Origin: Leucoraja ocellata
Taxonomy: Eukaryota
Assembly (NCBI GenBank): GCA_036785375.1
Contig: JAWMAR010000118.1
Span: 5,518,001 to 5,582,000, forward strand
DNA: 64,000 nucleotides
Reading direction: 5' to 3'
Shown here: in pieces, positions 24,187 to 39,179 of the stretch
How the letters are laid out: every line of letters starts with the position of its first letter
Numbering within the stretch: position 1 is the stretch's first letter
The notes under the pieces: generated by a model
Seen by the model: only the letters and a program-made list of their open reading frames with translations
The model's database searches: none
What the model was told of the DNA's origin: nothing
Made by a program: the position numbers and the translations under genes

Positions 24187-26210
24187 AGCCCTCCTGTTCT
24201 GTTAACTCTTTTAGTCTATTCCACAGTCCTTAATAGGGATGGTCTGATTGTTCACAATTTTTTTCATTTAGAATGACAAATTAATAGAATGTGTAATTCT
24301 GGAAAAATTGGATTATTTCAGATAAAATGTTGATTGGTAATTTTCCTTTACTATGTTTTGCTCCTAAAATACTGGATATAATTAAACTTTGGCTACGTGT
24401 CTGTTGCTCTAAAAACAATCATTGTTCTTTTTTACTTAAATGCTCAGGTTTTCATTAATTCAAATATATTATGAAGGTATTTAGTTTCAATTTAGAAGAT
24501 AATTCACCTTAAATTAGTGAATAATGTTCTAAATTAAAACTAAATACCTTCATTTTGTCATTGAACTTAGAGATTTTCATAATATCTAAAATGAAATGAA
24601 TAGTTTATGTGAATTGCATTAATGATTGATTAATGGTGCATATAGTAATTAATTAATGTGAAGGGAGATTAAAAACTTGAAAATAACTTTTGACAACATT
24701 TTTCTCAAGCATCTTTCCCAGAAGTAAATGTCTCTATTAACCACAATGACCCATTTAATTTATATCTGTGTGTGTAACATCTGTACAAAGCATTGATATA
24801 AATTAAGACACAGTGAGAAGATTGAAAGATAGATGTTAGATCCAACAGGGAGCTGGCTTTCAATGGTTTATGTTCAGCTTGCATCCTCTATAAAGTGTCA
24901 ATTCATTCGGAGTCAGATCACAATTATTGTTAAGATTAAGGTACGATTTTGTATCTGATATCATGAGGTACATCTGAGAAAATGGGAGTGTTTATTCTTT
25001 CGCAACTTTGAAATCTTGGAGTTTATGTGGTGATATAACACACAATATAGTCATTGCATCAAAGCTCCTCTCTCCTGTCCTACCTGAACCTATTACATTA
25101 CAGCAACCATTTAATTTCCAAGAGCTTCAAGAGGTAATTAGGTTATAATGGATTCAGTATTTGGTCACTGACTCTGTTTGTTGCCCAGCAGTTTGTGACA
25201 TTCAGCATCAAAGGCTGCTGTACCGAATGGTACCGGCCTGATCCATGCACCATCATCGTCCCATATGCTACATTATGTCAATCAATCCCTGTTTTCATTT
25301 ACGTGGCTGTGAAGACACTTTTACAGCAAGCTACAGATTGCACATAGCAATAAATGTTTCCATAAATGGACCCCAGCAGGTTTTATTTTTCATTTTGAAT
25401 ATCTTTTATTAAGCAAACATAGACAAGACCAAGAGAGAATTTAATTCAAAAAAAAAACTTCAGGTCCATATGTTCAAGTTATATGCTACCAAACTTACCA
25501 GTCTCTGTTCTAATAAATATAAATGCATGGTTAGAAATTTATGCTTTTTTTGGTATATGTAAACGGAATTAGGAATTTCAACAATCAATTTTTCTTTCCG
25601 AAAGCAGAGATTGTATAATGTATGCCGTCTTGAATACAAGGTAAATTATAATCTCCTTTAAGCAATTGCCCGAAAGGATGTATATGTGCGAATAGATTTC
25701 TTTCCCAGACCAGTTGTTTTGCACAAGGTTTTGCATTGAGTGAGGAGTTTTTAGTATTTAGTCTCTTAGTGTTCCACTAATCTGTTATTTAATGAGGAAG
25801 CGTCGGCTCAGAGAAGGGTAGTCAATATAAATCAGTGTTTACAAAGTGTGATTAACTCTGAAATATTTCATCAGAGCTGCTGTCCCAGGTGGATGCGGTG
25901 CTAATTACAGGGAGTTGCATATGTTTCTAGGGGAATGTGATGGACCCTGAGTGCTGCTAACATGAAGTATCAAGGTTACAATTACACTCACTGCCAACCT
26001 GCCTTGTCTGCACTGGCAATTTATGCACTCTGTGCGATGACCCTCCTCTCCAGAGGACAATAAACAAAATGCATTTTCATTAAGACACTAATGTATTTAA
26101 CCACAGAGGACCATGGAAGGTTGGGGAGGAGGGTAGGGAAGACAGCACAGAGGGAGAAAGAGGTGGAACATTTAAGAAATCAGATATCCAGCTATATCTC
26201 CTTTAAATGA

Positions 26211-26468
<258 letters not shown>

Positions 26469-28761
26469 TAAAGGTAAGGAAAAGCCTTAATAGATTTACC
26501 TTTGAAATGCAATGCAAAATATGGTGTAAATGAATGCACTTACATTTCATTGTGATCCCTGCAATCATTTTAATGTGACTGAAATAACATAAGCACACAT
26601 AATATTAATGTCAATATTATATGTTTCATTGATAAATCTGCAGAGTTAGGTTAAATAAATACACATCTGTTTTATATTTATTACATTCTGGTAGCTAATT
26701 TTGTAAGTTCATTTCATGACTTTCATTGTTTTCAATTATTTTTGAGAGGTGTTATCCGACTTCATAATGTGATGTGCATAAAAGTTAGGAGGTATAACTA
26801 ATTATGATTGTTGTCCACAGTGGCCAGCAATTTCACCAAACTTTTTCAATTATCTCAACAATAGGATTTATGAAAGCCAATTATTTGAGTTTTACCCCAC
26901 ATTTATATTCAAGTACTGAAACTAATTCAATAAAGAAGCTTCATGTAAATAATTTCTTCTTCTGATTACAAGAGTTCAATTCTAAAGTTCTATTTCAACA
27001 AGCATTTCATTTCATCACACAGTCACCAAGTAGAAGATTACATGAAATTGGAGATTCAATCTTGAGCTCGTGGGGGTGCAAAGGTGTTGTGGAGGTTAGG
27101 AAGGGAACTGAGTCTGTGTGGATTCTCCCAACTTAATCACACTTTTACCTTACCTGTTCTTAAAACTGTGTTTGACACAACCATTGACTAGCCCAGCTTG
27201 CAAGCTATCACAGAACACATGATCCTGTATCTTCAAAAAGCAAGCAAGATATAGAACGAAAGTACACAGGGAGACAGTTTCAATTTTAAAAACAGACCAT
27301 CGAATTAAATAGTGAAATAATACGTTGGAAGGATTTCTGCGCGTTTTGCAGGAGTCGGAAGCCTGACCTCTGCAAGAGGAGCACTCATGGTACTTTGTAA
27401 TTAAATGTTAATAGTAATGGCTCTTGAAAGAGAGAGAATCCCCTTTATCACCTTCTACTAGACTGCATTTTAAAACCACCACAAATCAAATGCACATGAC
27501 CTACCTTTAGAAATGTGGCCATCTTTCACGGAATAAATAAATATGAAATTGAGCTAATCCACTTCAGATACCACATTGGACTGAGAAGATGGATCATTTT
27601 ACAACATAATTCAATTTATTAATGTATCTTGAAATGTTTAATGTCAGGAATTTGCAAAACAAAATTGTTGTGAAATGCTGACACAGCTAAAAGGACACTG
27701 TCATTGTAATGTCATTGTTACACTGATCTCCGCATCAAGGCTCACTCTGCATTGCTACCTAAAATACAGATGATGTTACTTCAATCTCAAAGTTATTGCC
27801 GTGCATGAAGCTTACTCCAAAACTAGGTTCTGAGAATTTTACCTTCAAACAAACGCAGCTTATGGCAAATTAAGAGCCCATTTTACATTACAATTTAAAA
27901 CAATTTTTTGAGTCACATTGGTTTATTTCTAAGTAATAGAAAATAATGATAGAAGCAGCATTGGTGTGCATAGAAGTTTGCAATGCTGCCCTAGCCCTTT
28001 CCATCTCTCATTCCATCCACAAATTACAAAAAAGGGTAATCAAGCTTTATAACTGGGTGCTTTTACATGTGCACCAAACACATATGTTGCCAGCATTGCA
28101 TCAGCAAGTGTAGAATATAACCTTGGGAGTATTCTTTTCTGAAAACCTAAAATTTCTGATGCGGTGTGTTTAATAAACAATGTTTCATATCCCTTTCCTT
28201 TTGCAAAAATAAAACCCAGTAATGGAATTGTTTGCTTCATTCTTGCTGCGTTGCCGGATTGAGCACCTTTGGTAGCTACTGTTTCTTCACATCTGCCAAG
28301 ATAGATCTCTGTGTTACACGGCAGAAACACATTATGCAGGCTTGTTTTAAATGTTTTAACATTTGCTTATGTGCAAGAGTTTAGATGACAGCTCAGTAAT
28401 TGATAAGGGAAGTTGGAGACAGGCCTGATGGATGTTATGCTAGTTTTGATATGGCATCTTTCCCCAGGAGCCTTCAGACAAATAGCAGCCTTTTGTTCTA
28501 CTCCCAGCCACCCATATACACATATATCAACATGGCACTCCCATTTGTTGTGATGTGGCTCAGTTTGATACTGGGGTCCTTCCCCGCGCTGGAATTACTG
28601 CTTCAAATAGGCAATTAGGGTGTCCACAATGGAAACCTTGAACACTCTGTGGCCTAATGAAGCACAAATTTGGATGTAGAACATGAAGGCATTCGAAGTT
28701 TGGATTGCCCTCTGGGAAGAAGATTGCCGTTGGGAGCAATCATACTGCACGGATACTCCTC

Positions 28762-28764
<3 letters not shown>

Positions 28765-28798
<34 letters not shown>
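28765..28798. repeat. (TA)17 microsatellite
   Basis: Perfect dinucleotide run. Confidence 0.97.
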
Positions 28799-28802
<4 letters not shown>

Positions 28803-29664
28803 CATGAACTGCTCTCAGATCTCAGTTTTGCTTCACGGTGACAAGGAAGAAAATCTGCCATATCTTGTTAAGTTGTCATGTGTTTCTGCAGTGGCTGTTA
28901 GTTCATTTGCCCGTGCTCAAATCTGTTGCTTGATAGAAGAACTGTTGTGTTGCTTTAATATTCATCTTCTTCTTCTTCCTTGCCAATCTGCTAGTGGAGA
29001 GTGGTTGTGGATCTGCTCGTCCGCAGGTACAGGTTTCACAAGAGGTAACTACAGCCTGGCTGCCAAAGCAAGCCTACTGAGAGCAGCTGTCTAGCCTCCC
29101 CCTATTGCACTTTACCCTCTGCAGACCCTCCAAATCTTCCTGGCTCAAGACATAAATCATCATCCTGTCGCTAGTTCTTGGTTTTCGTATTATGCAATTT
29201 CTAAATTCATGCAAAACTCTAGAACATGAAGATAAATAATGACCAACATAAAAAGATTTATTTTCTCCACATTTTAACATATCATTTTAACATTTCATCA
29301 CTGCGGTAATAGCTTCAGTTAGGGACAGTATTATGATTACTGAAACTATATATATACTGTAAATATCCAAATTAATAATTGCCTTTAAATAAACTTGTAA
29401 TTCCTGACCATGTTAATCAGTGGACGTTAATATTATTATCTACCCATATAGTTATTTGGTACCTTATATTTTAAGATAATTCAAACATTTGTGTGGTAAT
29501 TTTCATTCTGTTTATTCAATGGACGTTGAGGAAGTGGCTAGTTAAAATTGGCCTAGTGATTTAGTTTCTTCCTTAGACCTGCTCACCATTTTCAACCTGC
29601 ACTACTTATCCGACAGCAAAGACTGGTGCCTGTTCATCTGGTGGGACCTTCAATTAAAGAGCAA

Positions 29665-29796
29665 ATCAATCTGTAAATGGCTCGATTGTAATCGTGTTTT
29701 GTCTTTCTGCTGACTGATCAGTACGCAACAACAGTTTTTCCCCGTACATCGGTACACTTGACAATAAATAAACTAACTAACTAAACTAAACTAAAC
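29665..29796 (+). mobile_element. Non-LTR retroposon 3' tail with (CTAAA)n end
   Basis: TTTTTCCCCGTACATCGGTACACTTGACAATAAA plus ACTAA repeats. A reverse-complement relative lies at 46998-47090. Confidence 0.7.
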
Positions 29797-30745
29797 TTTG
29801 ATTATGCTATCCTGGACTAAAATGTTAACTCTGGTCCGATTGGGGGAACTGCTGTGCTTTTTGCTGTCAAGGCAATGGGGAGATGATCCATAGTCCAAAT
29901 AAATATATTTTCTTCACACTTTCTCTGTTGATCAGACTTCTCCCCAGACAGGACCTGTGCAAACCCTTCTTTTCATTGTTTTTAGATGTAGATGGTATTT
30001 TGGAAATAAAGTCACGTAGTGTAAGCTGCTGAGATCAGTAGTAGTGCTCACCTTACATTCCATCCATCCTGGTTAAAATCGGGACTGTTGTGGCCAGTTT
30101 GGGTGCTGGATCTTTTTTATGGCCCTGTCACATGCATCGCTGCAAGTGGCGAGCTTTATTTGAAAATGCAGCTGGTGTCATTCAGATAGCATACTTTAAA
30201 GAATGAATACAAATTCTGATTCAACTTAGTGTAAGTTAAACCTCTATATTTGATTACATTTTTCATTTAGACTGTATTACCAAACATGCACAAATTCTAT
30301 TTCACTAAAAAGGCATTTCAATCGATACTTTAGTGATTCCTATGAATCACAACCTCCAAAATCTTACTACAATTTGATAAAAACATCAGCCATGAATAGA
30401 TTCTAATTGGAACAATCTGCTGTCAGATTTGCAAATCAAGGTATGGGAATTATATCGTGAGTGAGAAGTATCAGTTCAATATTTTTGGTCAACTTTACTT
30501 TATCGTTTATAATTATTTTTTCCCCCCATAAAGTTTTATGATGCCATTCACTCACACATCATGCGGCTGAATTCCCCAAAATGGCTGAGCTGTAACTCAT
30601 CAGCACTGAAAATCTGTTCGTTGAAAATGGGTGTTGGTCACTTAATCGTGAAGGAAGTAATTTTACAGCCCCCTTTGTTGACTGGAAGGAGCAGGAACGT
30701 TTCTAACGTGCATCCTTCCTCCAAACTCTGACCGGTGTACACACA

Positions 30746-31225
30746 GACCCGAAACGTCACCCATCCATTCTCTCCAGAGATGGTACCTGTCCCGCTGAGT
30801 TACTCCAGCATTATGTGTCTATCTCCCACCCTCCCAGTCATCCTGCTCCTTTCCCCTCCTTCCTACCTACTTTTCCATCCCCGAATCACTCATTTTCCTC
30901 TTCCCTCCCCTCCCAGTTCATTTCCACCTCGTTGGTTCTACATTTTCTTTCCTTTGGCTATACATTTCACTCTTCTTATCTGAAACCCATTGTCTCCTTT
31001 TCACCTCCAGTTCCTATCACTTACTCCAACCATGTGTCAAACGAAACCCTCTCACCTGTATCCTTCTATCACCTGCCAGGCTTTGTCTCGCCTCCACCTC
31101 TGTTCCAGTTTCTCCCCCCCTCTACTACTATCAGTCTAAAGAAAGTTTATGACCAAAAACGTTGCTTGTCCATTCCATCCACAGACATTGCCTGACCCGC
31201 TGAGTTCCACCAGCATGTTGTGTTA
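30746..31225 (+). mobile_element. Penelope-like terminal region: two tandem hammerhead-bearing units separated by a pyrimidine-rich tract
   Basis: GACCCGAAACGTCACCCATCC...CCCGCTGAGTTACTCCAGCA at 30746-30820, with a second degenerate unit at 31131-31225. Confidence 0.7.
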
Positions 31226-34200
31226 TAATTGAGTGCACCATATCTCCTACTAAGCAAACTGCTTGCACCATTCACCGCATAGCTGCCATTTAGCCTCAGC
31301 TCTGGCCAGCTCCCAAATGCCAACAATAGAATCCCCAACCATCATTCACACTTACTTGTGACGAGCACATGGTACCTCAAGATATGGTTCTACCCATGAC
31401 TTGGATTCTCCAATTGATTGGAACAAATTTCCCCACCACAGTGTCTCTCGGTCCCCAATGCACCAACCTCCTCTCGTAGCCTATGACCTTCTGAACCAGG
31501 CTTCCAGCCAATTGCCCTCCACCCTATCACTCATACTGCTTGTGGCTGGGAACTTCTCTTGAAGAAGTTCTTTAGTATAATTCTGCAGGAATAGTTGAGA
31601 AAACAATTCTTAGTTGAGCAAATCATAATCTCACAGCAGCCCAGCCCAATACAGATTTTTTCCCTCCGGACTGAAATCCAATCTAATGCTTCACTTTGTC
31701 TATTTAAAGTCAATCTATTTGTTTTGTCCTCATTAAGATGCCAGAAAGATGATTGACTTAATAAAATTCCGGAATCAAGATATAAACACGTTTTTTAATA
31801 AGAGCATTTTTCACTTCTCTTTCACTGACATTTACTTATTAATTTGTCAAAAGCTTTCTGTAATATGTTCCTGGCCTTTAGCATTTCTGGCAGACAAAAA
31901 AAAAACAAAGGGAGAATAAAACAACAAATGCTACCACGTACTTTATCATATCGGACAAAAGGAAGAATTTTTTTATACCATTCCAAAGTTGAAAGTCCCC
32001 ATGGACTTTCTATTGATCAGGTAAGCATTTCCTGAACATGTTGTACTGTCAGGAGCTAATGGTGATTTTTTGTCAAGTGTTGCCTTCTGGGAGCTTGAAT
32101 ACAATTAAGGGGTAAGTGTTGGTGAATATTTTCATACCCTTTGGAGGGTCTCGAGGGAGGAACTAGCAAGGGACACAAGACATTTCCAGCTGTACTACGC
32201 TTTCCACAAGTAGTTTTTTTTTCAAAAGATAAAAAGCAAACCTGCTTCTGACTGGCTGCCTTCCAAAACAGGATCCTCATTTGAATGCAGAAATGGAGAA
32301 TTAATCCGCTCATGCTATTTCCCTGCCTAAAGATATTTTTATATTTCATGTCAAATGTGAAGTAAGTTGATTATATCCTTAGAACATTTATCTTTTGAAC
32401 TTGCACAGGGTTTAAATCCATTTTCTCATTTCTTTGAATGCCTCCTTTTATTGAAATAGATCCATTACTTTAATGTTCTTAAATTTCCTCAACTAATCTT
32501 TTGCAGAATAAGCAATTTATTCAGCCCAAACCCACCTATTTAAAAACAAGTTTTTGGAATTCTCGTTACTGATCATAACCAGTGTAGACCAATGCTCAAA
32601 TCTGGATTGTGATAGTATCAATGCTTTCACTCAAGGCTAGAAGCATTAATTTTTCTTCTTAAATCAACCACTTTAATAGTTTCATTTGGAGTTTGAAAGG
32701 AATTGGTGAGAGAGAAAGAGAGTGTATTGCAGCCAACAGATTTTGAACCAAATGTTGTCAATGTTGTAGTTACTATCCATTTACCAGATTATAAAAGTCA
32801 ATTAGATTCTGAATGTATCTTGGTGACAAATGGATAGAAGGTTCCCCACATCATCCTGTTTACTTACATTTATGTAGATTGTCGTTTCTGGTTCATGAAC
32901 CCACGACAAACAGAAGCCGAATAGCATTGCAAATAAAAGCTTAGAATTGCATTTGTATTGATTCCCTGTTAATCTTACAAGATTTCCCCTCCTGTTAATA
33001 TCAATATTTTTATTTTTAGGCACGTGGCTATTATATCCTTCAAATGTTATAGACTTTATTCATACACAATCTATTGTTTTTATGTTGATAATTTCCAATG
33101 GGCCAAAGCATTCACATTTTGTGAAACTGAAACATTAAGAAACATTATTTATTTTTATTTTTCAATTGGCAAAAGCAGTGCATTAAATTATATTTCATGA
33201 ATGCATTTGATTCCAAGTTTAGATGTACAATTGAACATTCTGGTCTTTATTAATGGTTCTTTTTAATCTAATAATGTCAGAATAGATTCAAAACCTTCTG
33301 AGCAAATCATCAAATAATTTCAAGATATAGATCTTCCATATTATTTAAATTAACAAAACTTATTTTGTTTTTCATATCAAATTCTATTAAAGAAATGGAA
33401 AATGTTAAATTACTGATTCAGTTGGAGCATCAATTAACAAAATAACAAAATCCAAAAGTAAGACTCAAATAACTATTACTAGTCTTTATTATACGATCGA
33501 CAATTTACTATTTAAAGTATGACAATCGTTTTATAAAGAAGGGTGATCTTAAATCCACGATATAACTGAGCTAATGTTCAAAAGCTAAAATGGTATCATC
33601 GGTATTCCATCTTTAACTGAATCCCAAGATATCACAAATCTTATAACTTCAAAACCAGGTGTATGCTTATATTCTTTAACTTTCAACTTGTACACAGATA
33701 TACATGTTACATACTTGCACACTTATAAAGGCACTCAGAAAGTCTTAACTGGTTTGTGAAAGTGAAGCAGCCATATCAGTGCCGAAAATATTCACCTAAG
33801 CCCACAAGCTGTTTAAATGTCTAATTTGGGCTATATTTGGGAGTTGCTAAAGTGTAGAGATAAGATTAATCACACACAGACAAGTGGCAGCTATGGCTAA
33901 GACCTCCAGTTCTGCATTCCTAGTGACAAAATGTTGTCACAAGTCACAAATGGAATGTGGCGATCTCTGAATGGTGGTCTTAACAAGGAATAGTTTGAAA
34001 CCAATACTCCAATTACCTCTGGGAAAATAACGAGGAGGCAATAACTCTTGACTTGCATTAAACTAACTATAACAGTTCAATGCAAAAAGCCTTTTCTTAA
34101 AAGATGGCACAATATTCCTCTTTAACTCCTTATTTGGCTTACCACCGCAAAAGTAAAGATAATATTCTTCCATTTTTACTGAGAATTATATGGAGACTTA

Positions 34201-37072
34201 ACTTTGCTTTTGTTGCTTGTTATTACATGCCTGGTTTATTCAGAATCAACTGTAACATATTCCAGTTTCTTAAGTAACCTTACGTAGTTTTACTAAGTGT
34301 AACAGTAGGAAACTGAAAAGCAGACAAATGGGTTGCGAGTTAATATGATAATGATGACTGCCAGTTAGTTAGATAGGCTGCGAGAATAAAAGCTATATCT
34401 CTTAATACAATAGCTTGTTAGCACAATAGGTTTTCCTTTCCTCTTAAAGTATTAACAACTGCAAATGCCTGCAATGCACTCTTGACATCAGGCTGACCGC
34501 AAGTCTTGTGGCATACTCACCAGGGATGAGTGGTCGTTGTTGGCATAGCAAACTGTGTTTGTGACCTCAGCACTCTAGACAGCTGTTAAGACCCTGCCTT
34601 TAATCGGCAAGGTTAGCAGGGTGCAGGTCTTTTCTCAGTGCATTGACCAGGGCCCCTATTGCATTAAGAGAAGAACAAAGACCGATGACAGCTCCTGATG
34701 TCTGGGCATTTCAAAAGCTGCCTCAAAAGTTCATCGTGATAGACTGGATTAGTGCACATTACCGCGCCATTTCCCAAATATGGATGTCGTACCCTACTAG
34801 ATTTTCTCTGCATGTTACGTTATCCATTTTACATAAAATGCGAGCTGCACCAGTTTGTCCTGTACAATTTTGTTTTTATCTGGCACAATAAATTCAGCTA
34901 TTAGAATTTAAATCCCAGCACTTCTATTTATTTTGTATCTGCCCTCTACGTGTATTACCCGGGTAGAAATTGTCAGAATTTCCAACTTAAAATCTTGCAA
35001 GGAAAAGTTAAGGAAAGAAGAACTGCTTTAAGGTTCATGTGTTAAAGTGCTCTAATTCCATTTCAGAATGGAGCAAGATGACAGCTGTTAATGAAAATTG
35101 AGACCCTCCCACTAGAATTACTGGTGATTAGAAATTTCAGCTAGATGACTGCTCTACTGATAAATAATAATTTATTGAATGCCACTTCTATGAACGATCA
35201 AATTATCAACATTGTTATATATGGTTTTGAGTTCCCGTTAGCATTTTGTACTGGTTCAGCTCTCTGCATTCAAAAACATGTGGTATTGGGGAATTCTGCA
35301 ACTGTTCCCACATTCAAAGTAAGAAAGAGAAAAAAAAAGATGTCACTGAGGGTCACAAATTATGTTCAGGTTTGACAGATTGTAGCCTTGCTTTACAAGA
35401 GCAGTAACATCTCATTTGTCACAGTTTGATCAGTAAGTGCGTGAATGTAAGCGGAAGGCTTTCCATCTCAGCACCAATTTAATAGTTCTGAGGCTGTCAC
35501 CAGGCTAGAGCCACCTGCCCAAGAATTGCAACACTGATCTGTTTTAATTTAATCGGCCGTCAATCGGAATGAAATCATAAATCGTCTCCTTTGATTCCTC
35601 TGGCAGTACAGTTTTTTTTTCCCTCTCAGTGATATTGCTGTGTTAGAAACTGCATTTCTGAAGGCCTCTGTAATCTTTATTTAAATCCCAGAGAAGCCAA
35701 ATGTGGTGACCAAACCGTTGGGATTCTCAGAATATTAGTGATATTGTTATTCCTTGACAAAGTGATGGACGTCATGCCTGGCTCAGGTTGTGGCAATTGC
35801 GTGGAATCTCCTGAGCGGTGAGATGTAAGTGAATTACACGGATTATTTTACTGGACTCGTGGAATAAACAGCCCACGCGCATTAAATAGACAGCAGCTTG
35901 AATCGGCAAATTTGAAGAATGAAATAAACTGCGGCACTTGGGGAGTGCTGCACTTGCAAACTTGGTCACTGTAACAGATAAGATAAATTCAACCCTCCCC
36001 CATGATGAAAATAACAAATGACAGCACATGCCCTGAAGGAGGCTACTGTCTCTTTAAGTGAGTTTACTAAATGCATTTCAGTTTTGAGAGTAAATGGAGT
36101 TAGTCTATTGTACATGTTTAATTCCCTATTAGTCCCCAGTGTTTACTGCTGTGGCCAAGCTGGGGCACCTGTAAATTGGGTTAAATACAACACATTGTCT
36201 AAACATATCACAGTTACAATCATTCACCTCGAATGGTGATAAGAAACCTCTTGTATTATTGAATCTACAATGGGGAGGCTCTGCAGGCACAGAGATAACA
36301 GCTAGTTATTTCTCCTTAAGTAGAAAGAAAAACAGTGGCTTGAGCTTGCTGTTATGACTGTGACATTAATTATAACCCACTGAATTGTTTTATGCTGCTG
36401 GAGTGGTTTTGAGATTAAGCTCGCCCTCCAAGCTCCTGTGCATATGGCTCTGATTAAAAATATTTGTCATTCAAGAAAACTTTCATTTTCAAGCGGAGAT
36501 GATGTATTTATTTTTCTCTGTGTAATCTTGCAGTTTTAATTAGTGGCACGCCAAAAAAACAGATTTGAATTATTTCAGCCTAGCAATTAAAATGGAATGC
36601 TAAGTGAAAGCTATTTCAGGTCCCCTATAGGGATTTAATGTTAACAATGTGTACTTTTTCTTTGGTGAATCCTTGATAAGCAGGAGGGCTAGACAGCTTT
36701 CATTATCATCAGAAGCACTTCATGGTCATTCTCTAGTATTTGAAAGGGATATTTGTTCTTTGTAAATGGTCAATTTTTCCAGGCTTTTGAAATATAATTT
36801 ACAATTTTTAATTTGATTCAATTTGATTAAATCATTAATTAGCTTAGTGTTAATTTTCTGGAAAATAAACTGAGCAGGAAGGGTTAGCTTTATTAAGTTT
36901 ACTTTGAGGGAGGAGTCAGTGACAGAAAAGAAGCTGACACAAACATGGGCAGACATGTTGTTAAACTTGGTGATGACTAAATATAGCATCTTCTGTCATT
37001 GCCTCTGCAGTCACCCATCCTAGAAAGATGCCAGATGGTGTCATAGTGGTGGTGTACTTTGGATAAGGTTAT

Positions 37073-37167
37073 GGACACAAAATGCTGGAGTAACTCAGCG
37101 GGACAGGCAGCAGCATCTCTGGAGAGAAGGAATGGGTGATGTTTCAGGTCGAGGCCCTTCTTCAAAC
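37073..37167 (-). mobile_element. Penelope-like terminal fragment
   Basis: Minus strand reads TTGAAGAAGGGCCTCGACCTGAAACATCACCCATTCC...CCCGCTGAGTTACTCCAGCA. Near-duplication TGGATAAG(G/T)TTAT at 37060-37072 and 37185-37197. Confidence 0.75.
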
Positions 37168-39179
37168 ATAAGTCTGGATAAGACTGGATAAGTTTATATT
37201 GAGTAACATCACAACAATAGATTCCACTTTCAATACAATTGTTTCATTATGAATAAAAGTTGGCTCTCAAATGGACTGTGATGTGCAGGATTTGCTAGCT
37301 ATACTTTAACCCAAGAGGAGTAGGTTAGTTTACAGGTTTGTGTCAAGGAGTGATTTTGTCAAATCACCCTGTTGTCAGTGTACAGTGTACAATACAGCCA
37401 AAATATGTGAACTGAAAGAACAATTTCTGATACTCAGGCTTCCCACACAATTATAGCTGCTGCAGTCAGTTTTAAAGTATTTCATTTTTTTTTTTTAATT
37501 TTGATTGTGCTAAATTCTGCCAAATGTTACATCAAGCTCACTGCATTGGATTTATACTGTCAACATTGCTATCTCCACAGACTGTTAGTTGAACCGATCA
37601 TCTCATGAGCAGAACAGTCATGCCTCCTTAATACTGAAATCAGACTGCTGCCACTCGTATCAGATCAGTGGCAACTGTTTTCATTTTGGCTAGCTGGCAT
37701 GTTTGGAGATCTGTCTGACTGCAACCTTAGTTCCTTTGCCCAGGAAAGAGATATATGCACATGTTTCGTACCATAGTTGAAGTTGTAGCAGCAATGCACA
37801 CTAACGTTTTTTTTTGTTCTTGTGCACAGTTTTTCTCACTATGGTAGTTCCATTTGGTTCAGGGAAGCATTAACAAATAATTGTTCGCACACTGGCATTT
37901 TATAATAGCGGCAACACCTAGTAAAGACATGCAACAAAATATGGACCACTGTTTTATTTTCTGAAATGCTGTGTAAGTAATGAAAAGAAACATTTTGAAT
38001 CTATGTTGAGTTCATAAAGAATCATATTGGAAGATTAACATTCCAAAGGCTATTTCTATGTTAATTCTGAAAGTGCTATTTAGAATAGTGACAGCAGAAT
38101 AAGCTTGGGATAATCATTTTGTACAGCTCTTTATCCAATTCACTTTAGCTTTAATGGTGTCTGTGTCCACAGCCACTTAGGATTTATACAGTCGCCTCGT
38201 TCCCAACAACCCCTCCCCAAAATATAAAGTTAACCAGAAGTTAGGTTGATGGCCACGTATTAAGCATTGTGACTTTTATGTGCCCGTTCCTTGCCGAGAA
38301 TTATTGGAAATACTAAATGTTTTACATTTGGACCATTAGAGTTCAAGCTTTACAGGATGATAAATAGTCCACAGGTGCATTTCTGTTTAATGCTTCCCAC
38401 CCATACATTAATGGGACAGCCTTGCTGTAACAGAATTAGTAAATATTGATTGGGGAAGACATATTGAGAATAATGGCCACAACAACCCAGTGGTCGAGTG
38501 ATAAGAATTTAGAGGTTGCAGGTTAGAACCCTAGGGCCACCCGACACTTGAATTTCTTCAGCCTCAAGTGTGATGCATTTTGTCAGTTTCTGTCAGGGCT
38601 ACGAGAAACACAGCTTCTCAATGTCTGAGGGGAGACAATAAACACATTACCCTAATCCCCCATTTGTAAACATTTTTTTTCCTGCTGATTTACAAACTAA
38701 GGGATGAAGAAGGCTGAGGCAAAAGGTACAATTAAGGTGAGGCAGGTCACATGAGTAGTAGATTCCACTCTCAACATAGGAGAGTCAGCATGAATGTGTA
38801 GTCAGCAAGAACTCGCACAAGATGTTAAAAGCTTCATCTCTGCAGCACAACATAAAATAGAGGACTGCGGATAGAAATGCATGCAGACCATCACAATCAT
38901 CACAGGCTCATTGAACTGATGGATGGTGAGATGAGAACAGCTGACTTCTGCCTCTGTGAAAGCAATAGTCCTGAAGATCTGCTTGTCAATTCACACAGTT
39001 CATTTGTTTGTACATTATTATCTTTTTCTATAAAACTACATTTAAATTTAAACAAAGATCATGGAAAGTAATAAAAAACAATATTCTTAACTGGGACTTC
39101 GCTCCACCCTGTCTCCATTTGGTTGACTCACTGGAAAGAATAGTGCCTACTTTCTTCTGAATTCACTACTCTTCAATCC

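Noticed and set aside
28705-29094. 129-aa ORF with a YI repeat
   Set aside because: Produced by the (TA)n microsatellite, with a non-ATG start and no splice context.
31440-38640. Shared GGCTACGAGA motif at about 31472 (-) and 38597 (+) as an ancient SINE family
   Set aside because: Only 10 bp match clearly and the flanks do not align convincingly.
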